Shown here: piece after piece, positions 49,701 to 63,200 of the stretch
How the letters are laid out: every line of letters begins with the position of its first letter
Position numbering within the stretch: the first letter of the stretch is position 1
From: the human T2T-CHM13v2.0 reference genome, Homo sapiens
Direction: 5' to 3' (one strand)
Length of the DNA: 64,000 bases
Assembly (NCBI RefSeq): GCF_009914755.1
Contig: NC_060925.1
The notes under the pieces: generated by a model
The model's input: the letters and a program-made list of their open reading frames with translations, nothing else
Told to the model about the DNA's origin: nothing
Databases searched by the model: none
Translations under genes and position numbers: made by a program

Positions 49701-52700
49701 TCTGTAAGTGGATATTCTGACATCTTGTGGCCTTCGTTGGAAACGGGATTTCTTCATATTCTGCTAGACAGAAGAATTCTCAGTAACTTCCTTGTGTTGT
49801 GTGTATTCAACTCACAGAGTTGAACGATCCTTTACACAGAGCAGACTTGAAACACTCTTTTTGTGGAATTTGCAAGTGGAGATTTCAGCCGCTTTGAGGT
49901 CAATGGTAGAAAAGGAAATATCTTCGTATAAAGACTAGACAGAATGATTCTCAGAAACTCCTTTGTGATGTGTGCGTTCAACTCACAGAGTTTAACTTTT
50001 CTTTTCATAGAGCAGTTAGGAAACACTCTGTTTGTAAAGTCTGCAAGTGGATATTCAGACCTCTTTGAGGCCTTCGTTGGAAACGGGATTTCTTCATATT
50101 ATGCTAGACAGAATACTTCTCAGTAACTTCCTTGTGTTGTGTGTATTCAACTCACAGAGTTGAACGATCCTTTACAGAGAGCAGACTTGAAACACTCTTT
50201 TTGTGGAATTTGCAAGTGGAGATTTCAGCCGCTTTGAGCTCAATGGTAGAATAGGAAATATCTTCCTATAGAAACTAGACAGAATGATTCTCAGAAACTC
50301 CTTTGTGATGTGTGCGTTCAACTCACAGAGTTTAACCTTTCTTTTCATAGAGCAGTTAGGAAACACTCTGTTTGTAAAGTCTGCAAGTGGATATTCAGAC
50401 CTCTTTGAAGCCTTCGTTGGAAACGGGATTTCTTCATATTCTGCTAGACAGAAGAATTCTCAGTAACTTCCTTGTGTTGTGTGTATTCAACTCACAGAGT
50501 TGAACGATCCTTTACACAGAGCAGACTTGAAACACTCTTTTTGTGGAATTTGCAAGTGGAGATTTCAGCCGCTTTGAGGTCAATTGTAGAAAAGGAAATA
50601 TCTTCGTAGAAAAACTAGACAGAATGATTCTCAGAAACTCCTTTGTGATGTGTGTGTTCAACTCACAGACTTTAACCTTTCTTTTCATAGAGCAGTTAGG
50701 AAACACTCTGTTTATAAAGTCTGCAAGTGGATATTCAGACCCCTTTGTGGCCTTCGTTGGAAACGGGATTTCTTCATATTATGCTAGACAGAAGAATTCT
50801 CAGTAACTTCCTTGTGTTGTGTGTATTCAACTGACAGAATTGAACTTTCATTTAGAGAGAGCAGATTTGAAACACTGTTTTTGTGGTATTTGCAAGTGGA
50901 GATTTCAAGCGCTTTGGGGCCAAAGGCAGAAAAGGAAATATCTTCGTATAAAAACTAGACAGAATAATTCTCAGAAACTGCTGCGTGATGTGTGCGTTCA
51001 ACTCTCAGAGTTTAACTTTTCTTTTCATTCAGCGGTTTGGAAACACTCTGTAAAGTCTCCACGTGGATATTTTGACCACTTAGATGCCTTCGTTGGAAAC
51101 GGGTTTTTTTCATGTAAGGCTAGACAGAAGAATTCCCAGTAACTTCCTTGTGTTGTGTGCATTCAACTCACAGAGTTGAACGTTCCCTTAGACAGAGCAG
51201 ATTTGAAACACTCTATTTGTGCAATTTGCAAGTGTAGATTTCAAGCGCTTTAAGGTCAATGGCAGAAAAGGAAATATCTTCGTTTCAAAACTACAGAGAA
51301 TCATTCCCACAAACTGCGTTGTGATGTGTTCGTTCAACTCACAGAGTTTAACCTTTCTATTCATAGAGCAGTTAGGAAACACTCTGTTTGTAAAGTCTGT
51401 AAGTGGATATTCTGACATCTTGTGGCATTTGTTGGAAACGGGATTTCTTCATATTCTGCTAGACAGAAGAATTCTCAGTAACTTCCTTGTGTTGTGTGTA
51501 TTCAACCCACAGAGTTGAACGATCCTTTACACAGAGCAGACTTGAAACACTCTTTTTCTGGAATTTGCAAGTGGAGATTTCAGCCGCTTTGAGGTCAATG
51601 GTAGAATAGGAAATATCTTCCTATAGAAACTAGACAGAATGATTCTCATAAACTACTTTGTGATGTGTGCGTTCAACTCACAGAGTTTAACCTTTCTTTT
51701 CATAGAGCAGTTAGGAAACACTCTGTTTGTAAAGTCTGCAAGTGGATATTCAGACCTCTTTGAGGCCTTCGTTGGAAACGGGATTTCTTCATATTCTGCT
51801 AGACAGAAGAATTCTCAGTAACTTCCTTGTGTTGTGTGTATTCAACTCACAGAGTTGAACGATCCTTTACACAGAGCATTCTTGAAACACTCTTTTTGTG
51901 GAATTTGCAAGTGGAGATTTCAGCCGCTTTGAGATCAATAGTAGAAAAGGAAATATCTTCGTAGAAAAACTAGACAGAATGATTCTCAGAAACTCCTTTG
52001 TGATGTGTGTGTTCAACTCACCGAGTTGAACCTTTCTTTTCATAGAGCAGTAAGTAAACACTCTGTTTATAAAGTCTGCAAGTGGATATTCAGACCCCTT
52101 TGAGGCCTTCGTTGGAAACGGGATTTCTTCATATTATGCTAGACAGAAGAATTCTCAGTAACTTCCTTGTGTTGTGTGTATTCAACTGACAGAGTTGAAC
52201 TTTCATTTAGAGAGAGCAGATTTGAAACACTGTTTTTGTGGAATTTGCAAGTGGAGATTTCAAGCGCTTTGGGGCCAAAGGCAGAAAAGGAAATATCTTC
52301 GTATAAAAACTAGACAGAATCATTCTCAGAAACTGCTGCGTGATGTGTGCGTTCAACTCTCAGAGTTTAACTTTTCTTTTCATTCAGCGGTTTGGAAACA
52401 CTCTGTTTGTAAAGTCTGCACGTGGATATTTTGACCACTTAGAGGCCTTCGTTGGAAACGGGTTTTTTTCATGTAAGGCTAGACAGAAGAATTCCCAGTA
52501 ACTTCCTTGTGTTGTGTGCATTCAACTCACAGAGTTGAACGTTCCCTTAGACAGAGCAGATTTGAAACACTCTATTTGTGCAATTTGCAAGTGTAGATTT
52601 CAAGCGCTTTAAGGTCAATGGCAGAAAAGGAAATATCTTCGTTTCAAAACTAGACAGAATCATTCCCACAAACTGCGTTGTGATGTGTTCGTTCAACTCA

Positions 52701-54212
52701 CAGAGTTTAACCTTTCTGTTCATAGAGCAGTTAGGAAACACTCTGTTTGTAAAGTCTGTAAGTGGATATTCTGACATCTTGTGGCCTTCGTTGGAAAGGG
52801 GATTTCTTCATATTCCGCTAGACAGAAGAATTCTCAGTAACTTCCTTGTGTTGTGTGTATTCAACTCACAGAGTTGAACGATCCTTTACACAGAGCAGAC
52901 TTGAAACACTCTTTTTGTGGAATTTGCAAGTGGAGATTTCAGCCGCTTTGAGGTCAATGGTAGAAAAGGAAATATCTTCGTATAAAGACTAGACAGAATG
53001 ATTCTCAGAAACTCCTTTGTGATGTGTGCGTTCAACTCACAGAGTTTAACTTTTCTTTTCATAGAGCAGTTAGGAAACACTCTGTTTGTAAAGTCTGCAA
53101 GTGGATATTCAGACCTCTTTGAGGCCTTCGTTGGAAACGGGATTTCTTCATATTATGCTAGACAGAATAATTCTCAGTAACTTCCTTGTGTTGTGTGTAT
53201 TCAACTCACAGAGTTGAACGATCCTTTACAGAGAGCAGACTTGAAACACTCTTTTTGTGGAATTTGCAAGTGGAGATTTCAGCCGCTTTGAGGTCAATGG
53301 TAGAATAGGAAATATCTTCCTATAGAAACTAGACAGAATGATTCTCAGAAACTCCTTTGTGATGTGTGCGTTCAACTCACAGAGTTTAACCTTTCTTTTC
53401 ATAGAGCAGTTAGGAAACACTCTGTTTGTAAAGTCTGCAAGTGGATATTCAGACCTCTTTGAGGCCTTCGTTGGAAACGGGATTTCTTCATATTCTGCTA
53501 GACAGAAGAATTCTCAGTAACTTCCTTGTGTTGTGTGTATTCAACTCACAGAGTTGAACTGTCCTTTACACAGAGCAGACTTGAAACACTCTTTTTCTGG
53601 AATTTGCAAGTGGAGATTTCAGCCGCTTTGAGGTCAATGGTAGAAAAGGAAATATCTTCCTATAGAAACTAGACAGAATGATTCTCATAAACTACTTTGT
53701 GATGTGTGCGTTCAACTCACAGAGTTTAACCTTTCTTTTCATAGAGCAGTTAGGAAACACTCTGTTTGTAAAGTCTGCAAGTGGATATTCAGACCTCTTT
53801 GAGGCCTTCGTTGGAAACGGGATTTCTTCATATTCTGCTAGACAGAAGAATTCTCAGTAACTTCCTTGTGTTGTGTGTATTCAACTCACAGAGTTGAACG
53901 ATCCTTTACACAGAGCATTCTTGAAACACTCTTTTTGTGGAATTTGCAAGTGGAGATTTCAGCCGCTTTGAGGTCAATAGTAGAAAAGGAAATATCTTCG
54001 TAGAAAAACTAGACAGAATGATTCTCAGAAACTCCTTTGTGATGTGTGTGTTCAACTCACAGAGTTGAACCTTTCTTTTCATAGAGCAGTTAGTAAACAC
54101 TCTGTTTATAAAGTCTGCAAGTGGATATTCAGACCCCTTTGAGGCCTTCGTTGGAAACGGGATTTCTTCATATTATGATAGACAGAAGAATTCTCAGTAA
54201 CTTCCTTGTGTT
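46741..54212 (+). repeat. 7472 bp super-repeat copy 2
   Basis: Same unit lengths and diagnostic variants as copy 1; A dimers at 46741, 47761, 49120, 50819 and 52174. Confidence 0.92.
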
Positions 54213-57200
54213 GTGTGTATTCAACTGACAGAGTTGAACTTTCATTTAGAGAGAGCAGATTTGAAACACTGTTTTTGTGGAATTTGCAAGTGGAGATTTC
54301 AAGCGCTTTGGGGCCAAAGGCAGAAAAGGAAATATCTTCGTATAAAAACTAGACAGAATCATTCTCATAAACTGCTGCGTGATGTGTGCCTTCAACTCTC
54401 AGAGTTTAACTTTTCTTTTCATTCAGCGGTTTGGAAACACTCTGTTTGTAAAGTCTGCACGTGGATATTTTTGACCACTTAGAGGCCTTCGTTGGAAACG
54501 GGTTTTTTTCATGTAAGGCTAGACCGAAGAATTCCCAGTAACTTCCTTGTGTTGTGTGCATTTAACTCACAGAGTTGAACGTTCCCTTAGACAGAGCAGA
54601 TTTGAAACACTCTATTTGTGCAATTTGCAAGTGTAGATTTCAAGCGCTTTAAGGTCAATGGCAGAAAAGGAAATATCTTCGTTTCAAAACTAGACAGAAT
54701 CATTCCCACAAACTGCGTTGTGATGTGTTCGTTCAACTCACAGAATTTAACCTTTCTGTTCATAGAGCAGTTAGGAAACACTCTGTTTGTAAAGTGTGTA
54801 AGTGGATATTCTGACATCTTGTGGCCTTCGTTGGAAACGGGATTTCTTCATATTCTGCTAGACAGAAGAATTCTCAGTAACTTCCTTGTGTTGTGTGTAT
54901 TCAACTCACAGAGTTGAACGATCCTTTACACAGAGCAGACTTGAAACACTCTTTTTGTGGAATTTGCAAGTGGAGATTTCAGCCGCTTTGAGGTCAATGG
55001 TAGAAAAGGAAATATCTTCGTATAAAGACCAGACAGAATGATTCTCAGAAACTCCTTTGTGATGTGTGTGTTCAACTCACAGAGTTTCACCTTTCTTTTC
55101 ATAGAGCAGATAGTAAACACTCTGTTTATACAGTCTGCAAGTGGATATTCAGACCCCTTTGAGGCCTTCGTTGGAAACGGGATTTCTTCATATTATGCTA
55201 GACAGAAGAATTCTCAGTAACTTCCTTGTGTTGTGTGTATTCAACTGACAGAGTTGAACTTTCATTTAGAGAGAGCAGATTTGAAACACTGTTTTTGAGG
55301 AATTTGCAAGTGGAGATTTCAAGCGCTTTGGGGCCAAAGGCAGAAAAGGAAATATCTTCGTATAAAAACTAGACAGAATCATTCTCAGAAACTGCTGCGT
55401 GATGTGTGCGTTCAACTCTCAGAGTTTAACTTTTCTTTTCATTCAGCGGTTTGGAAACACTCTGTTTGTAAAGTCTGCACGTGGATATTTTGACCACTTA
55501 GAGGCCTTCGTTGGAAACGGGTTTTTTTCATGTAAGGTTAGACAGAAGAATTCCCAGTAACTTCCTTGTGTTGTGTGCATTCAACTCACAGAGTTGAACG
55601 TTTCCTTAGACAGAGCAGAATTGAAACACTCTATTTGTGCAATTTGCAAGTGTAGATTTCAAGCGCTTTAAGGTCAATGGCAGAAAAGGAAATATCTTCG
55701 TTTCAAAACTAGACAGAATCATTCCCACAAACTGCGTTGTGATGTGTTCGTTCAACTCACAGAGTTTAACCTTTCTGTTCATAGAGCAGTTAGGAAACAC
55801 TCTGTTTGTAAAGTCTGTAAGTGGATATTCTGACATCTTGTGGCCTTTGTTGGAAACGGGATTTCTTCATATTCTGCTAGACAGAAGAATTCTCAGTAAC
55901 TTCCTTATGTTGTGTGTATTCAACCCACAGAGTTGAACGATCCTTTACACAGAGCAGACTTGAAACACTCTTTTTGTGGAATTTGCAAGTGGAGATTTCA
56001 GCCGCTTTGAGGTCAATGGTAGAAAAGGAAATATCTTCGTATAAAGACTAGACAGAATGATTCTCAGAAACTCCTTTGTGATGTGTGCGTTCAACTCACA
56101 GAGTTTAACCTTTCTTTTCATAGAGCAGTTAGGAAACACTCTGTTTGTAAAGTCTGCAAGTGGATATTCAGACCTCCTTGAGGCCTTCGTTGGAAACGAG
56201 GTTTCTTCATAATATGCTAGACAGAAGAATTCTCAGTAACTTCCTTGTGTTGTGTGTATTCAACTCACAGAGTTGAACCATCCTTTACAGAGAGCAGACT
56301 TGAAACACTCTTTTTGTGGAATTTGCAAGTGGAGATTTCAGCCGCTTTGAGGTCAATAGTAGAAAAGGAAATACCTTCGTAGAAAAACTAGACAGAATGG
56401 TTCTCAGAAACTCCTTTGTGATGTGTGTGTTCAACTCACAGAGTTTAACCTTTCTTTTCATAGAGCAGTTAGGAAACACTCTGTTTGTAAAGTCTGCAAG
56501 TGGATATTCAGACCTCTTTGAGGCCTTCGTTGGAAACGGGATTTCTTCATATTATGCTAGACAGAAGAATTCTCAGTAACTTCCTTGTGTTGTGTGTATT
56601 CAACTGACAGAGTTGAACTTTCATTTAGAGAGAGCAGATTTGAAACACTGTTTTTGTGGAATTTGCAAGTGGAGATTTCAAGCGCTTTTGGGCCAAAGGC
56701 AGAAAAGGAAATATCTTCGTATAAAAACTAGACAGAATCATTCTCAGAAACTGCTGCATGATGTGTGCGTTCAACTCTCAGAGTTTAACTTTTCTTTTCA
56801 TTCAGCGGTTTGGAAACACTCTGTTTGTAAAGTCTGCACGTGGATATTTTGACCACTTAGAGGCCTTCGTTGGAAACGGGTTTTTTTCATGTAAGGCTAG
56901 ACAGAAGAATTTCCAGTAACTTCCTTGTGTTGTGTGCATTCAACTCACAGAGTTGAACGTTCCCTTAGACAGAGCAGATTTGAAACACTCTAGTTGTGCA
57001 ATTTGCAAGTGTAGATTTCAAGCGCTTTAAGGTCAATGGCAGAAAAGGAAATATCTTCGTTTCAAAACTAGACAGAATCATTCCCACAAACTGCGTTGTG
57101 ATGTGTTCGTTCAACTCACAGAGTTTAACCTTTCTGTTCATAGAGCAGTTAGGAAACACTCTGTTTGTAAAGTCTGTAAGTGGATATTCTGACATCTTGT

Positions 57201-60200
57201 GGCCTTCATTGGAAACGGGATTTCTTCATATTCTGCTAGACAGAAGAATTCTCAGTAACTTCCTTGTGTTGTGTGTATTCAACTCACAGAGTTGAACGAT
57301 CCTTTACACAGAGCAGACTTGAAACACTCTTTTTGTGGAATTTGCAAGTGGAGATTTCAGCCGCTTTGAGGTCAATGGTAGAAAAGGAAATATCTTCGTA
57401 TAAAGACTAGACAGAATGATTCTCAGAAACTCCTTTGTGATGTGTGCGTTCAACTCACAGAGTTTAACTTTTCTTTTCATAGAGCAGTTAGGAAACACTC
57501 TGTTTGTAAAGTCTGCAAGTGGATATTCAGACCTCTTTGAGGCCTTCGTTGGAAACGGGATTTCTTCATATTATGCTAGACAGAATACTTCTCAGTAACT
57601 TCCTTGTGTTGTGTGTATTCAACTCACAGAGTTGAACGATCCTTTACACAGAGCAGACTTGAAACACTCTTTTTGTGGAATTTGCAAGTGGAGATTTCAG
57701 CCGTCTTGAGCTCAATGGTAGAATAGGAAATATCTTCCTATAGAAACTAGACAGAATGATTCTCAGAAACTCCTTTGTGATGTGTGCGTTCAACTCACAG
57801 AGTTTAACCTTTCTTTTCATAGAGCAGTTAGGAAACACTCTGTTTGTAAAGTCTGCAAGTGGATATTCAGACCTCTTTGAAGCCTTCGTTGGAAACGGGA
57901 TTTCTTCATATTCTGCTAGACAGAAGAATTCTCAGTAACTTCCTTGTGTTGTGTGTATTCAACTCACAGAGTTGAACGATCCTTTACACAGAGCAGACTT
58001 GAAACACTCTTTTTGTGGAATTTGCAAGTGGAGATTTCAGCCGCTTTGAGGTCAATTGTAGAAAAGGAAATATCTTCGTAGAAAAACTAGACAGAATGAT
58101 TCTCAGAAACTCCTTTGTGATGTGTGTGTTCAACTCACAGAGTTTAACCTTTCTTTTCATAGAGCAGTTAGGAAACACTCTGTTTATAAAGTCTGCAAGT
58201 GGATATTCAGACCCCTTTGTGGCCTTCGTTGGAAACGGGATTTCTTCATATTATGCTAGACAGAAGAATTCTCAGTAACTTCCTTGTGTTGTGTGTATTC
58301 AACTGACAGAATTGAACTTTCATTTAGAGAGAGCAGATTTGAAACACTGTTTTTGTGGTATTTGCAAGTGGAGATTTCAAGCGCTTTGGGGCCAAAGGCA
58401 GAAAAGGAAATATCTTCGTATAAAAACTAGACAGAATAATTCTCAGAAACTGCTGCGTGATGTGTGCGTTCAACTCTCAGAGTTTAACTTTTCTTTTCAT
58501 TCAGCGGTTTGGAAACACTCTGTAAAGTCTCCACGTGGATATTTTGACCACTTAGATGCCTTCGTTGGAAACGGGTTTTTTTCATGTAAGGCTAGACAGA
58601 AGAATTCCCAGTAACTTCCTTGTGTTGTGTGCATTCAACTCACAGAGTTGAACGTTCCCTTAGACAGAGCAGATTTGAAACACTCTATTTGTGCAATTTG
58701 CAAGTGTAGATTTCAAGCGCTTTAAGGTCAATGGCAGAAAAGGAAATATCTTCGTTTCAAAACTACAGAGAATCATTCCCACAAACTGCGTTGTGATGTG
58801 TTCGTTCAACTCACAGAGTTTAACCTTTCTATTCATAGAGCAGTTAGGAAACACTCTGTTTGTAAAGTCTGTAAGTGGATATTCTGACATCTTGTGGCCT
58901 TCGTTGGAAACGGGATTTCTTCATATTCTGCTAGACAGAAGAATTCTCAGTAACTTCCTTGTGTTGTGTGTATTCAACTCACAGAGTTGAACGATCCTTT
59001 ACACAGAGCAGACTTGAAACACTCTTTTTGTGGAATTTGCAAGTGGAGATTTCAGCCGCTTTGAGGTCAATGGTAGAAAAGGAAATATCTTCGTATAAAG
59101 ACTAGACAGAATGATTCTCAGAAACTCCTTTGTGATGTGTGCGTTCAACTCACAGAGTTTAACTTTTCTTTTCATAGAGCAGTTAGGAAACACTCTGTTT
59201 GTAAAGTCTGCAAGTGGATATTCAGACCTCTTTGAGGCCTTCGTTGGAAACGGGATTTCTTCATATTATGCTAGACAGAATACTTCTCAGTAACTTCCTT
59301 GTGTTGTGTGTATTCAACTCACAGAGTTGAACGATCCTTTACACAGAGCAGACTTGAAACACTCTTTTTGTGGAATTTGCAAGTGGAGATTTCAGCCGCT
59401 TTGAGCTCAATGGTAGAATAGGAAATATCTTCCTATAGAAACTAGACAGAATGATTCTCAGAAACTCCTTTGTGATGTGTGCGTTCAACTCACAGAGTTT
59501 AACCTTTCTTTTCATAGAGCAGTTAGGAAACACTCTGTTTGTAAAGTCTGCAAGTGGATATTCAGACCTCTTTGAAGCCTTCGTTGGAAACGGGATTTCT
59601 TCATATTCTGCTAGACAGAAGAATTCTCAGTAACTTCCTTGTGTTGTGTGTATTCAACTCACAGAGTTGAACGATCCTTTACACAGAGCAGACTTGAAAC
59701 ACTCTTTTTGTGGAATTTGCAAGTGGAGATTTCAGCCGCTTTGAGGTCAATTGTAGAAAAGGAAATATCTTCGTAGAAAAACTAGACAGAATGATTCTCA
59801 GAAACTCCTTTGTGATGTGTGTGTTCAACTCACAGAGTTTAACCTTTCTTTTCATAGAGCAGTTAGGAAACACTCTGTTTATAAAGTCTGCAAGTGGATA
59901 TTCAGACCCCTTTGTGGCCTTCGTTGGAAACGGGATTTCTTCATATTATGCTAGACAGAAGAATTCTCAGTAACTTCCTTGTGTTGTGTGTATTCAACTG
60001 ACAGAATTGAACTTTCATTTAGAGAGAGCAGATTTGAAACACTGTTTTTGTGGTATTTGCAAGTGGAGATTTCAAGCGCTTTGGGGCCAAAGGCAGAAAA
60101 GGAAATATCTTCGTATAAAAACTAGACAGAATAATTCTCAGAAACTGCTGCGTGATGTGTGCGTTCAACTCTCAGAGTTTAACTTTTCTTTTCATTCAGC

Positions 60201-63200
60201 GGTTTGGAAACACTCTGTAAAGTCTCCACGTGGATATTTTGACCACTTAGATGCCTTCGTTGGAAACGGGTTTTTTTCATGTAAGGCTAGACAGAAGAAT
60301 TCCCAGTAACTTCCTTGTGTTGTGTGCATTCAACTCACAGAGTTGAACGTTCCCTTAGACAGAGCAGATTTGAAACACTCTATTTGTGCAATTTGCAAGT
60401 GTAGATTTCAAGCGCTTTAAGGTCAATGGCAGAAAAGGAAATATCTTCGTTTCAAAACTACAGAGAATCATTCCCACAAACTGCGTTGTGATGTGTTCGT
60501 TCAACTCACAGAGTTTAACCTTTCTATTCATAGAGCAGTTAGGAAACACTCTGTTTGTAAAGTCTGTAAGTGGATATTCTGACATCTTGTGGCATTTGTT
60601 GGAAACGGGATTTCTTCATATTCTGCTAGACAGAAGAATTCTCAGTAACTTCCTTGTGTTGTGTGTATTCAACCCACAGAGTTGAACGATCCTTTACACA
60701 GAGCAGACTTGAAACACTCTTTTTCTGGAATTTGCAAGTGGAGATTTCAGCCGCTTTGAGGTCAATGGTAGAATAGGAAATATCTTCCTATAGAAACAAG
60801 ACAGAATGATTCTCATAAACTACTTTGTGATGTGTGCGTTCAACTCACAGAGTTTAACCTTTCTTTTCATAGAGCAGTTAGGAAACACTCTGTTTGTAAA
60901 GTCTGCAAGTGGATATTCAGACCTCTTTGAGGCCTTCGTTGGAAACGGGATTTCTTCATATTCTGCTAGACAGAAGAATTCTCAGTAACTTCCTTGTGTT
61001 GTGTGTATTCAACTCACAGAGTTGAACGATCCTTTACACAGAGCATTCTTGAAACACTCTTTTTGTGGAATTTGCAAGTGGAGATTTCAGCCGCTTTGAG
61101 GTCAATAGTAGAAAAGGAAATATCTTCGTAGAAAAACTAGACAGAATGATTCTCAGAAACTCCTTTGTGATGTGTGTGTTCAACTCACAGAGTTGAACCT
61201 TTCTTTTCATAGAGCAGTAAGTAAACACTCTGTTTATAAAGTCTGCAAGTGGATATTCAGACCCCTTTGAGGCCTTCGTTGGAAACGGGATTTCTTCATA
61301 TTATGCTAGACAGAAGAATTCTCAGTAACTTCCTTGTGTTGTGTGTATTCAACTGACAGAGTTGAACTTTCATTTAGAGAGAGCAGATTTGAAACACTGT
61401 TTTTGTGGAATTTGCAAGTGGAGATTTCAAGCGCTTTGGGGCCAAAGGCAGAAAAGGAAATATCTTCGTATAAAAACTAGACAGAATCATTCTCAGAAAC
61501 TGCTGCGTGATGTGTGCGTTCAACTCTCAGAGTTTAACTTTTCTTTTCATTCAGCGGTTTGGAAACACTCTGTTTGTAAAGTCTGCACGTGGATATTTTG
61601 ACCACTTAGAGGCCTTCGTTGGAAACGGGTTTTTTTCATGTAAGGCTAGACAGAAGAATTCCCAGTAACTTCCTTGTGTTGTGTGCATTCAACTCACAGA
61701 GTTGAACGTTCCCTTAGACAGAGCAGATTTGAAACACTCTATTTGTGCAATTTGCAAGTGTAGATTTCAAGCGCTTTAAGGTCAATGGCAGAAAAGGAAA
61801 TATCTTCGTTTCAAAACTAGACAGAATCATTCCCACAAACTGCGTTGTGATGTGTTCGTTCAACTCACAGAGTTTAACCTTTCTGTTCATAGAGCAGTTA
61901 GGAAACACTCTGTTTGTAAAGTCTGTAAGTGGATATTCTGACATCTTGTGGCCTTCGTTGGAAAGGGGATTTCTTCATATTCCGCTAGACAGAAGAATTC
62001 TCAGTAACTTCCTTGTGTTGTGTGTATTCAACTCACAGAGTTGAACGATCCTTTACACAGAGCAGACTTGAAACACTCTTTTTGTGGAATTTGCAAGTGG
62101 AGATTTCAGCCGCTTTGAGGTCAATGGTAGAAAAGGAAATATCTTCGTATAAAGACTAGACAGAATGATTCTCAGAAACTCCTTTGTGATGTGTGCGTTC
62201 AACTCACAGAGTTTAACTTTTCTTTTCATAGAGCAGTTAGGAAACACTCTGTTTGTAAAGTCTGCAAGTGGATATTCAGACCTCTTTGAGGCCTTCGTTG
62301 GAAACGGGATTTCTTCATATTATGCTAGACAGAATAATTCTCAGTAACTTCCTTGTGTTGTGTGTATTCAACTCACAGAGTTGAACGATCCTTTACAGAG
62401 AGCAGACTTGAAACACTCTTTTTGTGGAATTTGCAAGTGGAGATTTCAGCCGCTTTGAGGTCAATGGTAGAATAGGAAATATCTTCCTATAGAAACTAGA
62501 CAGAATGATTCTCAGAAACTCCTTTGTGATGTGTGCGTTCAACTCACAGAGTTTAACCTTTCTTTTCATAGAGCAGTTAGGAAACACTCTGTTTGTAAAG
62601 TCTGCAAGTGGATATTCAGACCTCTTTGAGGCCTTCGTTGGAAACGGGATTTCTTCATATTCTGCTAGACAGAAGAATTCTCAGTAACTTCCTTGTGTTG
62701 TGTGTATTCAACTCACAGAGTTGAACTGTCCTTTACACAGAGCAGACTTGAAACACTCTTTTTCTGGAATTTGCAAGTGGAGATTTCAGCCGCTTTGAGG
62801 TCAATGGTAGAAAAGGAAATATCTTCCTATAGAAACTAGACAGAATGATTCTCATAAACTACTTTGTGATGTGTGCGTTCAACTCACAGAGTTTAACCTT
62901 TCTTTTCATAGAGCAGTTAGGAAACACTCTGTTTGTAAAGTCTGCAAGTGGATATTCAGACCTCTTTGAGGCCTTCGTTGGAAACGGGATTTCTTCATAT
63001 TCTGCTAGACAGAAGAATTCTCAGTAACTTCCTTGTGTTGTGTGTATTCAACTCACAGAGTTGAACGATCCTTTACACAGAGCATTCTTGAAACACTCTT
63101 TTTGTGGAATTTGCAAGTGGAGATTTCAGCCGCTTTGAGGTCAATAGTAGAAAAGGAAATATCTTCGTAGAAAAACTAGACAGAATGATTCTCAGAAACT

